The notes under the pieces were generated by a model. It was not told the DNA's origin, made no database searches, and saw nothing but the letters and a program-made list of their open reading frames with translations. Positions 30,228 through 40,543 of a stretch of 64,000 bases of DNA are shown one piece after another; the stretch's first letter is position 1; each line of letters begins with the position of its first letter. The DNA is from an uncultured candidate division Zixibacteria bacterium (GTDB taxonomy: Bacteria; Zixibacteria; MSB-5A5; GN15; FEB-12), in contig OY760907.1 in assembly GCA_963664195.1 (NCBI GenBank), forward strand, positions 608,001 through 672,000, given 5' to 3'. A program made the position numbers and the translations under genes.

Positions 30228-31079
30228 TTATCCGCCGATTTCCGCCATGAGGTCGCCACCGACTTCAATCTGGTCATACATGGCCTCGCGTTCCTCGTAG
30301 AGAACAACCAGAGTGACGCGACGGTTACGGGCATCGCCGGGAGATCCGACAATCATGGGGAAGCGGTCGGCGAATCCTCGCACTTCACGGACCTGTCCCT
30401 TGTACAGACCGGAGACATCCATAAGCTGGCGGGCGGCATTGGCCCTGTCGGACGATAGCTCCCAGTTGGAATACTCGCTGTTGTTGCTGCCGGAGTTGTC
30501 CGTGTGTCCCTCAATCACCAGGTGATTGCTCAACTTGCCGAGTTCACCGGCAATGGTGGCAAGAATCACCGCGCTTTTCTGAAGGAGTTTGTCCGACCCC
30601 TGTTCAAAGAAAGCGGGTGAATTCGCAGACTCGTTGAGTATGATTCGCAGCCCCTCCGAGGTGATCTGCATCTGGACATTTTTCTTGAGTTGTTGGAAGG
30701 CTCGCTGCTTTTCCAGCTCATTCATGATCTTCTTGGCGGTCAGTTTGAACGTAGCCTCTTCTTTTTCCTTGGATGACATCCCTTTTTCATTGTCGATCAT
30801 GCCCTTGGTTTTGCTCTCCATCTTGATAGGGGCATCGGAGCCTTTTAGCACGCCGGACCGTCCCATGCTGTTGTACTTGCCGGGATCTCGGAAATAGCCT
30901 GCCACGGACTCTTTGACCGAATCTTCCTGCCCGACCAGCCACATCACGAGAAAGAACGCCATCATGGCCGTCATAAAATCCGCAAATGCCACTTTCCAGG
31001 CACCGCCGTGGTGACCGCCGTGACCGCCCTTGATTTTCTTGACGATAATTGGTTGCTGTTCACCCTGATTCTCAGACAT
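30228..31079 (-). CDS. motB: Flagellar stator MotB (OmpA-like peptidoglycan-binding domain)
   Basis: WKVAFADFMTAMMAFFLVMW, EGHTD, NWELSSDRA, NRRV. Confidence 0.9.
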   Translation of the reverse strand: MSENQGEQQPIIVKKIKGGHGGHHGGAWKVAFADFMTAMMAFFLVMWLVGQEDSVKESVAGYFRDPGKYNSMGRSGVLKGSDAPIKMESKTKGMIDNEKGMSSKEKEEATFKLTAKKIMNELEKQRAFQQLKKNVQMQITSEGLRIILNESANSPAFFEQGSDKLLQKSAVILATIAGELGKLSNHLVIEGHTDNSGSNNSEYSNWELSSDRANAARQLMDVSGLYKGQVREVRGFADRFPMIVGSPGDARNRRVTLVVLYEEREAMYDQIEVGGDLMAEIGG

Positions 31080-31082
31080 CGC

Positions 31083-31943
31083 TTATCTCTTTTTGGCTTC
31101 GTTACAGGCGTTTTCGAGATCCAGGAAACTCGGGCGTAGTTCGGCGTATAGAGAGCGCCGCGCAAACTCAACGGCAATCACACCGGCCACACCCTTGTGG
31201 AATGATAGCAGAGCGAGTTTCATACAACCGAGATACTGATGGTCCTGATCAACCTTGCCCTTGAGACTGGTTGCCAGCGGCGCAACAAAACCGTAACAGG
31301 CGAGAATCCCCATAAACGTTCCGACCAGCGCAGCGGCAACGTTGCGACCGATGATCTCCGGACCACCGTCGAGACTCCCCATCGTTATGACAATACCGAG
31401 CACCGCGGCAACAATACCCAAACCCGGCAGGGAATCGGCCACTGTGGTAAGTGCGGTCGAGGGCCGGGATTCGTCGGCGTGCGTGACGTCCAAATCGGCG
31501 TCCATAAGATCTTCGAGATCGTGGGGTTGCACCGACCCTGAAATGATGACACGCATCGTATCGGCGAAAAAGGCCACCGCATGGTGGTTCTTCAGGAATT
31601 TCGGATACCGCTGAATGATGTCTGATTCATCCGGATGTTCGACATGGTTTTCGAGTCCTACGAGACCATCTCGACGAGCGACATTGAAGATTTCGTACAT
31701 CATGACGAGCAGGTCCAGGTAGTCCTGCTTGCCGTAGCCTTTGCCGGTTAGCACTCCCATGATCTGTCCGATCAGAGCTTTGATTACCGAAACCGGTGTG
31801 GCGATAATCATAGCACCGAGCGCCGCGCCCCCAATGATCAATATCTCGTTTGGCTGGTTCAGCGCGAGAATCTCGCCGTGGTGCCAGACATACCCCCCGA
31901 GGACACCTCCCAGTACAATTATAGCTCCAACAAAAAACATCAT
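31083..31943 (-). CDS. motA: Flagellar stator MotA
   Basis: LPGLGIVAAVLG, AALVGTF.GI, AVEFARR. Confidence 0.9.
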   Translation of the reverse strand: MMFFVGAIIVLGGVLGGYVWHHGEILALNQPNEILIIGGAALGAMIIATPVSVIKALIGQIMGVLTGKGYGKQDYLDLLVMMYEIFNVARRDGLVGLENHVEHPDESDIIQRYPKFLKNHHAVAFFADTMRVIISGSVQPHDLEDLMDADLDVTHADESRPSTALTTVADSLPGLGIVAAVLGIVITMGSLDGGPEIIGRNVAAALVGTFMGILACYGFVAPLATSLKGKVDQDHQYLGCMKLALLSFHKGVAGVIAVEFARRSLYAELRPSFLDLENACNEAKKR

Positions 31944-32047
31944 GGCGGTACGTTTCTTTCCGTTTTGGCGTTCGTTTAGCCGGATATCCTTTTCACTATA
32001 GTTTTCGTCATATTCGCTCAATTCTGAAGTGAAAGCGCAAAAACCAC

Positions 32048-32076
32048 TTGTCACTTGTCGAGAAGAGGCGTAATTT
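32048..32076 (+). promoter_or_regulatory. Sigma70 promoter
   Basis: TTGTCA-17bp-TAATTT. Confidence 0.45.
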
Positions 32077-32137
32077 CTGCCCTGATATTGAGTTATGAAC
32101 TTTCCGCCGGATGTGCGGCGAATCTCTGGAGCGAGCT

Positions 32138-33511
32138 ATGAGATTTCTCACCCAAAAGCGTTTCTTCATATTCATGGTGATCGCGGCCGTCTACTGTTTC
32201 TATGCAGTGGCATTCGCATCTAGCGGCGGTGACCAAGGCGGCGAAGGCGGCGGTTCCGGCCACGGCGGCCCGGTGCTTGAAGTGCTCCTGGCGCTGGTTG
32301 TCATTCTGTTGGCGGCCAAACTCGGCGGTGATCTTTTTGAGCGTTTCAAGCAACCCGCGGTGCTCGGCGAACTGGTTATCGGCATGATAATCGGCAACTT
32401 ACACTTGCTCGGATTCGACGCTCTGGAACCATTCAAGACAGATCTTACGCTTGAGATTCTGGCAGAGTTGGGTGTGATTATTCTCCTGTTCGAGGTGGGA
32501 CTTGAGTCCACGGTCAAGGAGATGATGAAGGTAGGTGTCGCCTCGTTTATGGTGGCCGTGTTTGGTGTTGTCACACCGTTTTTCCTTGGCTGGGGAGTTG
32601 GTGCCTTTTTCCTGCCGGCTGAGTCGATTTATGTGCATGTCTTTATCGGTGCCACACTGACCGCGACCTCGGTCGGTATCACGGCCCGCGTGTTGAAGGA
32701 TATCGGCAAAATACAAACGCGTGAGGCAAAAATCATTCTCGGAGCAGCGGTCATCGATGATATCCTCGGCCTGGTGATTCTGGCGGTGGTAGCCGGTATC
32801 ATCACTGCGGCCAACTCGGGCGGCGAGGGTGTCAGCTCAATTGCGGTGCTGTGGATTATTGCCAAGGCTGTGTTGTTCATCGTGGGCGCAGTCGTAATCG
32901 GAAATCTGGTGCTGCCACGGTTCTTCAAGTTCGGATTCCATCTGAAAGTCAAGGGTGTGTTCCTGTCGTTCTGCCTGCTGGTTTGCTTCCTTCTGGCTTT
33001 CCTCGCCGGTGAGGTAGGATTGGCCCCGATCGTCGGCGCGTTTGCGGCAGGTCTGATTCTCGAAGAGGTTCACTACAAAGGTTTCTACGATCGTGGCGAA
33101 CACCACGTAGAGGAATTGATTGCACCGATAGCGACCTTCCTCGTGCCGATCTTCTTCGTCCGCATGGGCATGATGGTTGACCTGACGACTTTCGGTAACG
33201 TCAACATTCTCGGGTTTGCAACAGCCATGACGGTTGTGGCTATTCTCGGCAAACAGGCCTGTTCGCTGGCGATTTTTGACAAAAGCATCAATAAGATGGC
33301 AATCGGTCTGGGGATGATCCCACGAGGCGAAGTGGGGTTGATTTTCGCCGGAATCGGTGCCAAACTGATGCTTGACGGGCACTCAGTGATTTCAACCGGT
33401 ACGTACTCGGCAGTAGTCATAATGGTCATTGTCACTACCCTGGTGACACCTCCAGCGCTGAAAATGTCGCTGTTGCGTGGGGACGCAAAGAAAAAACTCG
33501 CCGAGGGTTAG
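32138..33511 (+). CDS. Cation:proton antiporter (CPA2/NapA-like)
   Basis: ATSVGIT, AAVIDD, GMIPRGEVGL. Confidence 0.9.
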   Translation: MRFLTQKRFFIFMVIAAVYCFYAVAFASSGGDQGGEGGGSGHGGPVLEVLLALVVILLAAKLGGDLFERFKQPAVLGELVIGMIIGNLHLLGFDALEPFKTDLTLEILAELGVIILLFEVGLESTVKEMMKVGVASFMVAVFGVVTPFFLGWGVGAFFLPAESIYVHVFIGATLTATSVGITARVLKDIGKIQTREAKIILGAAVIDDILGLVILAVVAGIITAANSGGEGVSSIAVLWIIAKAVLFIVGAVVIGNLVLPRFFKFGFHLKVKGVFLSFCLLVCFLLAFLAGEVGLAPIVGAFAAGLILEEVHYKGFYDRGEHHVEELIAPIATFLVPIFFVRMGMMVDLTTFGNVNILGFATAMTVVAILGKQACSLAIFDKSINKMAIGLGMIPRGEVGLIFAGIGAKLMLDGHSVISTGTYSAVVIMVIVTTLVTPPALKMSLLRGDAKKKLAEG

Positions 33512-33570
33512 AACTGGAACCGGGCAGCTTACCGATTCGTTTTTATTTAGCATTACGCCAATATGAGGAC

Positions 33571-33598
33571 TTGACAGAGGTCGGAAGGCGCCTATATT
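33571..33598 (+). promoter_or_regulatory. Sigma70 promoter of the tRNA
   Basis: TTGACA-16bp-TATATT. Confidence 0.6.
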
Positions 33599-33609
33599 GA
33601 CCAACTGAT

Positions 33610-33686
<77 letters not shown>

Positions 33687-33693
33687 AGTTTCA

Positions 33694-33728
33694 GGCCCCC
33701 GAAGTCGCAAGGCTTCGGGGGTTTTTTT
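33694..33728 (+). terminator. Rho-independent terminator
   Basis: GGCCCCCGAAGTC-GCAA-GGCTTCGGGGG then T7. Confidence 0.9.
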
Positions 33729-33970
33729 GTTGGGGGAAAAACTCACTGCAAACGGGTGGGCCGCCTGACCGCTTCCCTCTTGCGACCGGCATCCTAACCT
33801 GAGTTCAGCCAATGAGCAATCGCCAGTACTGTCACAACAAATCAGGGAACGAGCGATCAAACAACGAAAATGGAACCACGAATAAGCTATTGCCAGTACT
33901 CGAATTGTGGTTTAGATTGTATCTTCAGATATCCAGCCTTCCTAATGACACATAGCTGAAGAGGATTTCT

Positions 33971-34915
33971 ATGGATAAGACAATCAGAGCAAATGAACAA
34001 TGCATCATTGGTATGCCACGATGCGACTTCGCATTCTCATCTTCTCGATCATGCTTCATTGGCTATAGCTTTGAAGAAAGTACACTGGAAAAGACCATAA
34101 TCCGCAAAATACTCGAGGAGAATGATGTCATCCCAGAAGACGCAGGTTCAAGCTTCGCTCCCGGGCAACTGGTCTTCTGCTCCAAGATCTGCTCAAAGAT
34201 AATCACATCCCAGTTTTGCATAATACTGCTCAACAATGAACGGAAAGGAGAATTCGAAATCGCGAACGCAAATGTACAGATGGAATATGGTATGATGCTA
34301 GGTTTCAATAAGTATGTCATTCCATTTCAACAAGAGAGTGATAAACTATCGTTTAATGTCTCGGGATTAGATACAATAAAATACACGGACAAGAATTTCG
34401 AGTCGAAGGCGACCGATGCTATAATCGAAGCAATAGGAGAGACCGCCCCCGAAGGTAGCTCAACAGTTCCAACAGATCAAAGCAAAATGTCGTTTCTGTT
34501 TTCGAAGAATGCCACATTCGGCGCTCTCGATTCGGACGGGGAGCGCGATTTATTCAGATTAGGTAGCCCAGTTGGGTTCAACCTGTTGATGGATTTCGGC
34601 GGTATCGAGTACAGGTTCTTTGGTGATTTCGCTCACTTGAGATATGAGCACATTTGTTACAGAATCAAACTCCTTGATAGAATGCTGGCCGATAGAGTCG
34701 CTAGTTTTCCGCAAAGAGTAAAACTGGGGCTCATAGAGGAAGACAAGCTAGCCCCGATTATTGAGCTATTCGACAACTTTGAAATCTGGTTGCTCGTCAA
34801 CTCCGAAGATGTTAAGACCCGAGTATTGGCGTTTATCGAGGAGAATATGATTAGTCGCAGATTTGACATATTCACTCTTAAGGACATCGCCGACCAATCT
34901 GACATAGCAGGGTAA
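33971..34915 (+). CDS. Low-GC protein with an N-terminal TIR/nucleoside-deoxyribosyltransferase-like domain
   Basis: CFIGYSF..KICSKI..NANVQMEYG..KYVI..LSFNV..LDTIKY pattern; visibly AT-richer than flanks. Confidence 0.65.
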   Translation: MDKTIRANEQCIIGMPRCDFAFSSSRSCFIGYSFEESTLEKTIIRKILEENDVIPEDAGSSFAPGQLVFCSKICSKIITSQFCIILLNNERKGEFEIANANVQMEYGMMLGFNKYVIPFQQESDKLSFNVSGLDTIKYTDKNFESKATDAIIEAIGETAPEGSSTVPTDQSKMSFLFSKNATFGALDSDGERDLFRLGSPVGFNLLMDFGGIEYRFFGDFAHLRYEHICYRIKLLDRMLADRVASFPQRVKLGLIEEDKLAPIIELFDNFEIWLLVNSEDVKTRVLAFIEENMISRRFDIFTLKDIADQSDIAG

Positions 34916-35097
34916 GATCTGGGAGAAACACAAGAAAGGTATCGGGGGGTTATCGATTTCAGATAGCTGCAATCATCTTAGTTCAACACATCACATGCCT
35001 CTCCAGCCATAGGCTTTTATCTAGCTAGAGCGACGCGGAGAACATACCATGTCCCCAAAATGGCTATTGGGGACATTTCGACAAGAAAGGACTCTCT

Positions 35098-36021
35098 ATG
35101 TCTATGAATTTGCAAAAACTGTCGGTCTGTCTGATATTGATGCTGGCGCTTGCCGGCTTGGTTCTTGTCTCGTGCGGGCAGGATGAGAAACCGGCCCCGG
35201 CGGCAACCGGTCCGGTAGTTGACAGTGTCGCCTCGGCCGACGGGGTCATGATACAGTACGAAGTCCGCGGCGAAGGCGAACCGATGCTGGTGTTTGTCCA
35301 CGGATGGAGCTGTGATATGAGCTACTGGAAGAATCAAGTGGACGTATTCGACGACGCGAACAGGGTTGTGACAGTCGACCTGGGCGGCCACGGCGGTTCG
35401 GGGACCGGGCGTGAGGACTGGACAATGCCGGCTTTTGGTGCCGATGTCGCCGCAGTCGTCAACAAACTGGGTCCCGACAGGGTGGTGCTGATAGGGCATT
35501 CGATGGCCGGTGCGGTGAACATGGAGGCAGCAAAGCTGCTCGACGGCAAGGTAATCGGTTTGGTTGGTGTGGACACGTATCATGAGTTCGGTACGGGAGA
35601 GTCACCCGAGCTGATGGCTGAATTCGTTGGTCCATTCAGGACTGATTTTGCCGCCGCCATGGACGGGTTCGTGCGGGGCATGTTTGTCGAATCTTCCGAC
35701 ACTGCCCTGGTCAACTGGGTGGCCGCCGATATGAGTGCGGCTCCGCCGGAGGTGGCTGTCAGTGCGCTTGAGAACTACTTCAACTGCAACGCGCTGGAGG
35801 CACTCAAGAAAACAGTCGTGCCGATCGTCGCGATCAATGCGGATCTCTGGCCGACCGACCTGGAAGCGAATCAGGCCAGTGCGGCGTCCTTTGAACTGAA
35901 ACTGATGCCGGGGGTCGGGCACTTTGTCATGCAGGAGAACCCCGCCGAATTCAACCGGCTACTTCGTGAAACCGTCGACAAACTGACCGGCGAATCCGGC
36001 GCGGCAGTCGACAACGAATAG
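35098..36021 (+). CDS. Alpha/beta hydrolase lipoprotein
   Basis: Lipobox VSC; HGWS, GHSMAG, GHF. Confidence 0.9.
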   Translation: MSMNLQKLSVCLILMLALAGLVLVSCGQDEKPAPAATGPVVDSVASADGVMIQYEVRGEGEPMLVFVHGWSCDMSYWKNQVDVFDDANRVVTVDLGGHGGSGTGREDWTMPAFGADVAAVVNKLGPDRVVLIGHSMAGAVNMEAAKLLDGKVIGLVGVDTYHEFGTGESPELMAEFVGPFRTDFAAAMDGFVRGMFVESSDTALVNWVAADMSAAPPEVAVSALENYFNCNALEALKKTVVPIVAINADLWPTDLEANQASAASFELKLMPGVGHFVMQENPAEFNRLLRETVDKLTGESGAAVDNE

Positions 36022-36072
36022 TCGTCGGGAGGCTGACTTTAATTATAGATGGGCAATCAACCCGCCTGTCTC

Positions 36073-38451
36073 CTACTCAACCCGCAAAACGTCGGCCGGA
36101 TTGGTATTCGCGGTTCTGATGACTTTCGTGCCGACAATGAGAAGCGACACGACCAGCGCCGAGGCTACCACTATCGAATACGTAAGCCAGCCGTACTCGA
36201 TCCTGTACGCGTACGAATCCAGCCAGGCAGACACGGCATAGCGCGTAAGCGGCCATGCAGCCACGCCTGCGACAAGCACCAGGACAACAAACTCCCCGGC
36301 CAGCAGTTTGACGATAGACATCACCGGGGCACCCAGACTCTTGCGGATACCTACTTCCCGCACTCTCCTCTCAAGGATAAAAGAGATCAAGCCGAGCAAA
36401 CCCAGCATCGCAATGAGTATGGCCAGCCCCGTCGAGATGTAACAGAGCGACACGAATTTCCGCTCCTGCACGTAGCTTTTATCCATGATCTCGACCAGCG
36501 AACGACAGGTCAGGGACGTATGTGGGGAAATGCCCGCCCAGATGCCCTCGATCTTCGAAATGGTGCTTTGCGGCGCATCGTCGGGAATGTCAACCGCAAG
36601 CACTCGCCAACGCGACGAACTGCCCGTAATTATCGTGGGAAGCACATCGCTGTGAAGCGAAAGGGCGCAGAAATCTTTTACCACACCGACCACCGTGAAC
36701 GGCCCCCTTGAGGTAGTCAATTCTGCACCGATCGGATCGGTCAGGCCGAGCAGTTCGACGGCCGTCTGGTTGAGAAGGGCAACGTCCCTGCGGTCGGCGA
36801 CAACTTCATCGGAGAGCCAGTGTCCGCGGACGAGATCGACCCCAAAGGTGCGGCAGAACTCCTCGTCACCCGTGAACGTACTCAGCCCCTGCCTGGAGCT
36901 TTCGTCTTCTCCTACCGGGTACGCGGTCGTAATTCGCATGATACTCTCCCCCGGGGCGTTCACCGCCAGGGACCGTCGGGGTAGGCCGAGACTCTCGAGT
37001 TCCCGGGTCAGTATCTCCTTTTGCCCCTGAGTTGCCGCGTCGTCGAATTCAAACAACCAGATATCATCAGGTAGAAATCCGTGGTCAAAATGCTCGATGA
37101 AATTCAACTGCTGTTGCACACCCACAGTGAATCCTGCCGCACCGATGGCGATAACAGCCTGAACGATGACCAGAGTCCTTCTGAGATTCGCCTTACCCGA
37201 ACCGGAGGAAAAACGCCGCGATACAACCCCTGCCGGCCACAACCTGACCAGGGCAATGGCAGGATAGCTTCCGGCGACAACCCCTACAATGAAAACGAGA
37301 GCAGGAGCAGCCAGCCAGACAACAAGGCTTTCGGACAGACTCACTCCGAGACTTTTGCCGATATAGGCCTCCAAGTAAGGAATTGACAGCTCATAAAGGA
37401 CCAGACCGGCTACCATGGAAATCGATGTCAGGATGACCGACTCGGCCAGGAACTGCATCGCCAGTTGCATCCGGTTCGCTCCCGAAATCGATCGCGCCAA
37501 CAACTCCCGTCGCCTGTGGAAAACACGAGCAGTCGACAGATTGACATAATTGAGGCAAGCCATCACCACTAGCAGCAGAGCGACACCTATAAGCAGGTAC
37601 ACGTTATTCAGGGACCCGGAAGGACCAAGCTCATCGCTGAAGTGAGAATCAAAATACAGGTCCTTCAGTCTTTGTGTGCGAAGACTAAACTGGGATGCCT
37701 CCTCTCCCAGATGCGACACCAAAAGCCCCGGCAACAGCGAGTCCACAGTCTCCGGAGCAACTCCCTCGGACAGCAGCACAAAGGTGTGCGCATCGAATGT
37801 CCCTTGATCGCTCCACAGATTCAGATTCTGCCCCATACTCTCTAGCGTCGACAGCGAAGCCAGGAAATCCGTGTGAATCCGGGTGGTATTCGGCAGGTCT
37901 TTCATTACGCCGGTGACGGTGAGTATTACCGAATCACGGATTGTCACGGTTTGGCCCAGGGGATCGCCTTCCCCGAACAGCGCCCTGTCTGCGCGCTCAG
38001 AGATCACTACCGAATGCGGCCGACTCAATACCGTGCGCACATCTCCCTGGGTGAGCGGAATCGAGAACACTGAGAAGACGGATTGGTCGGTCAGCAGAAA
38101 TTTGGACTCATGCAACTCCGAAAGGCCGTCCATCCTGACCGTAACATCTCCGAGATTACACAGGCGGACCTGTTCCTCCACTCCCGGCACACGCGCCTTC
38201 AACGACGGGCCGAGCGGGAACACGGTCGTCGTCATGAAATCAATCCGGTCTCCCCTTATGCGCTCACCCCCAATGCGATAGACTCTCCCGGCATTCGCGT
38301 GACTGCTTTCAAAGCTCAACTCGTGATGGGCGTAAGACAGAATCAGCAGGCTGGCTCCCAGGGCAATCGACATACCGATCGCAATGATCGCCACGTACAT
38401 TCTTTGTTTTCTAAGTGCTTTCAGGGCAAACGACACAGAATTGAAGGGCAT
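36073..38451 (-). CDS. ABC transporter permease (double MacB/FtsX type)
   Basis: Two periplasmic plus FtsX halves; NYVNLSTAR, REVGIRKSLGA, NPADVLRVE. Confidence 0.9.
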   Translation of the reverse strand: MPFNSVSFALKALRKQRMYVAIIAIGMSIALGASLLILSYAHHELSFESSHANAGRVYRIGGERIRGDRIDFMTTTVFPLGPSLKARVPGVEEQVRLCNLGDVTVRMDGLSELHESKFLLTDQSVFSVFSIPLTQGDVRTVLSRPHSVVISERADRALFGEGDPLGQTVTIRDSVILTVTGVMKDLPNTTRIHTDFLASLSTLESMGQNLNLWSDQGTFDAHTFVLLSEGVAPETVDSLLPGLLVSHLGEEASQFSLRTQRLKDLYFDSHFSDELGPSGSLNNVYLLIGVALLLVVMACLNYVNLSTARVFHRRRELLARSISGANRMQLAMQFLAESVILTSISMVAGLVLYELSIPYLEAYIGKSLGVSLSESLVVWLAAPALVFIVGVVAGSYPAIALVRLWPAGVVSRRFSSGSGKANLRRTLVIVQAVIAIGAAGFTVGVQQQLNFIEHFDHGFLPDDIWLFEFDDAATQGQKEILTRELESLGLPRRSLAVNAPGESIMRITTAYPVGEDESSRQGLSTFTGDEEFCRTFGVDLVRGHWLSDEVVADRRDVALLNQTAVELLGLTDPIGAELTTSRGPFTVVGVVKDFCALSLHSDVLPTIITGSSSRWRVLAVDIPDDAPQSTISKIEGIWAGISPHTSLTCRSLVEIMDKSYVQERKFVSLCYISTGLAILIAMLGLLGLISFILERRVREVGIRKSLGAPVMSIVKLLAGEFVVLVLVAGVAAWPLTRYAVSAWLDSYAYRIEYGWLTYSIVVASALVVSLLIVGTKVIRTANTNPADVLRVE

Positions 38452-38557
38452 GATGCGACCTCGTACAGAAGAACAGTCTTCTGAAGTTTGCATGTGGATT
38501 TGCCGGATTCTCGCACACAACGAGCACCGGTGGCGGTCAGCTTCATGTAGTCTACGG

Positions 38558-38583
38558 TACGTTCTGAGGACCGGTTTGTTTCA
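38558..38583 (-). promoter_or_regulatory. ECF (SigW-like) promoter
   Basis: TGAAAC-N16-CGTA on the minus strand. Confidence 0.5.
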
Positions 38584-38712
38584 CCCCCGGAGGCGTGAAG
38601 AACGAATAATGGAACCTATATCGACGATTTGACCGTGGACCGCCGGGAACAACACATGATTGATGATTATCGCTTAACTCAACAACCGGACTTCGTCGCA
38701 TCAAGCCGCGTT

Positions 38713-38820
38713 CTCACTCGCCGTCTTGACAGACAGCGGTGATGCGATAGTGGGGCTTGAGGTCGCTCGTGTGTTTGTTATCATCGATATTGATCGTGGT
38801 GACACCGAGCACCACAGCGC
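38713..38820 (-). pseudogene. Decayed copy of the 3' end of apt
   Basis: Ungapped 88/108 nt match (hand count) to 40543-40650; translates AVVLGVTTINIDDNKHTSDLKPHYRITAVCQDGE*. Confidence 0.85.
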
Positions 38821-38836
38821 TCTCGGCAGCAAGGGA

Positions 38837-40264
38837 CTATTCCGTGAAGCATTCTGCCATCTGGTCGACCAGAAACCTCCAAGCATTCATGGCATCACTC
38901 TGTGTGAAATGCGGCTCCGACTCAAGGAAATAGTCCAGGAGTGTAACGTCGATCATGCTGGTGCCTTGATCAGGAGCGTTCGTGTACATAATGTGTGCCG
39001 GAGAATGCCCCTCATGGCGCAATCCCAGGAAATGGCCGATCTCGTGGATCAGGATGAATCTGGACCACCAGGTAACCCAGCGGTCGCGGTGAATGACACC
39101 GGACGCGATCGGGTCTCCATCGCTGTCTCTGCGTATCAGCGGCGTATCATCTTCCAGATCCCTTCCCACACATACACCGTTGAACTCGTGGCCGTGTGAG
39201 TCCTTGGGACAGTGAAACGCACCCATCGCCACAACCGTATCCTGCTCGGCCACGGTGTGATTACGCAGGCCGTGATTGTCCAGAAAGACCGAAAAGGAAT
39301 CCCAGGATGCCTGAAAGTCCTCTTTGGTCGAAATCTGCTGGGATGTGTATTCTCGGAAGTGGGCATACGTATCGTCGTCGTTCCAGGAGAGCCGTATGCC
39401 AAGTTTCTTTGCCTTCTTTCTGGCTGTGCGCAGCTTCTCGGCGATGACGTTTCGTTGCATTGCGTAGACCCTCAGTCGACAATCCTCTCCTTCAGAGTCA
39501 AGGTACTCGGCTATGGTGAAGCGTGTCACCGGCCACACACTCTCAACGCCGTTTTCGTCCACACGACGGACCTCTGATCGAATCCTCTGAGACACTTCAA
39601 AAGAATCCAGACTGAGCAGACCGGCCATAGCATACAAATCCAGAGTCCCATCATTATGCCATTCGTAAAGCGGTGTCTTTGCGCTGTCCAGCAAGAGGAC
39701 ACGATGCTCCCCCTCGAGCGAAAAACCGAACGGTCCCGGATCCACACCGGCCTTCGCACGAGCAGCGTCCAGATCATCGCCCGAAAAACGCTCAGCCAGC
39801 AAACGGATGACGAATTGCCGCAGCTGCCAGCGCTGATAGCCGTCCCGGATCGCATCGACGACAATGAGAGGGATTCTCAGGAAATCGAACGCAGCCGCGA
39901 CAACATCAACAACCAAATTGAGCATGCCGGCAAGAACTCCGGGCAGATCTCCGGAGAGGGCTGCGGAACCAATCTCCGCAACATCCTGTATTATTGTAGA
40001 GCCGTGACCGACGAGTGTCACAACCACCTCGACGCCGCCGGTGATAACTCCTCCCGCAATGGCAGCAACCTGACCGGCCTCTTCACCCAGGTTGTCGGAA
40101 GTGGCATCGACGGCGGCGTCGACAACCTCTTCCACCACTTCGCCAACGGTCTCCACCGTATCCTCGACCGCTTCACACCCGGCATCAACAACCGTTTCAA
40201 GTGCTTCGCCCCCGGTTGAAGTGACAGAGGATACCGTATTGACCGCATTATCCCAAATACTCAT
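38837..40264 (-). CDS. Protein with a C-terminal metzincin-type Zn-metalloprotease motif
   Basis: HEIGHFLGLRH plus Met-turn HIMY; AGGAGGT RBS before MSIWD. Confidence 0.8.
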   Translation of the reverse strand: MSIWDNAVNTVSSVTSTGGEALETVVDAGCEAVEDTVETVGEVVEEVVDAAVDATSDNLGEEAGQVAAIAGGVITGGVEVVVTLVGHGSTIIQDVAEIGSAALSGDLPGVLAGMLNLVVDVVAAAFDFLRIPLIVVDAIRDGYQRWQLRQFVIRLLAERFSGDDLDAARAKAGVDPGPFGFSLEGEHRVLLLDSAKTPLYEWHNDGTLDLYAMAGLLSLDSFEVSQRIRSEVRRVDENGVESVWPVTRFTIAEYLDSEGEDCRLRVYAMQRNVIAEKLRTARKKAKKLGIRLSWNDDDTYAHFREYTSQQISTKEDFQASWDSFSVFLDNHGLRNHTVAEQDTVVAMGAFHCPKDSHGHEFNGVCVGRDLEDDTPLIRRDSDGDPIASGVIHRDRWVTWWSRFILIHEIGHFLGLRHEGHSPAHIMYTNAPDQGTSMIDVTLLDYFLESEPHFTQSDAMNAWRFLVDQMAECFTE

Positions 40265-40543
40265 GCGCACCTCCTGTACAATATCCGCCAACCGTCGTGG
40301 AATCGCGACGTGAGTGTGTGATTGATTCAGATTGGCAATACCACAGACAGCCCCGGAGCCTGCCCGATCATCGGACGGATTCAGTCGATTGTTGGATTGT
40401 AATATCGAGCAGCACCCTCTGACTTCAAGATATCAGCCACGAGAGTTCGTAGCAAGCGAAAACACCTTGCGTCTGCGACCGATGATGCATCTTCGCCCGG
40501 TGTTCTGTGATCAGTCGCAACAGAGCCGTCTGGGGACAATTGC

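Noticed and set aside
30228..31943. MotAB pair as Zorya ZorAB defence
   Set aside because: MotA is normal length with no long tail, has canonical flagellar motifs, and no zorC/D/E neighbours
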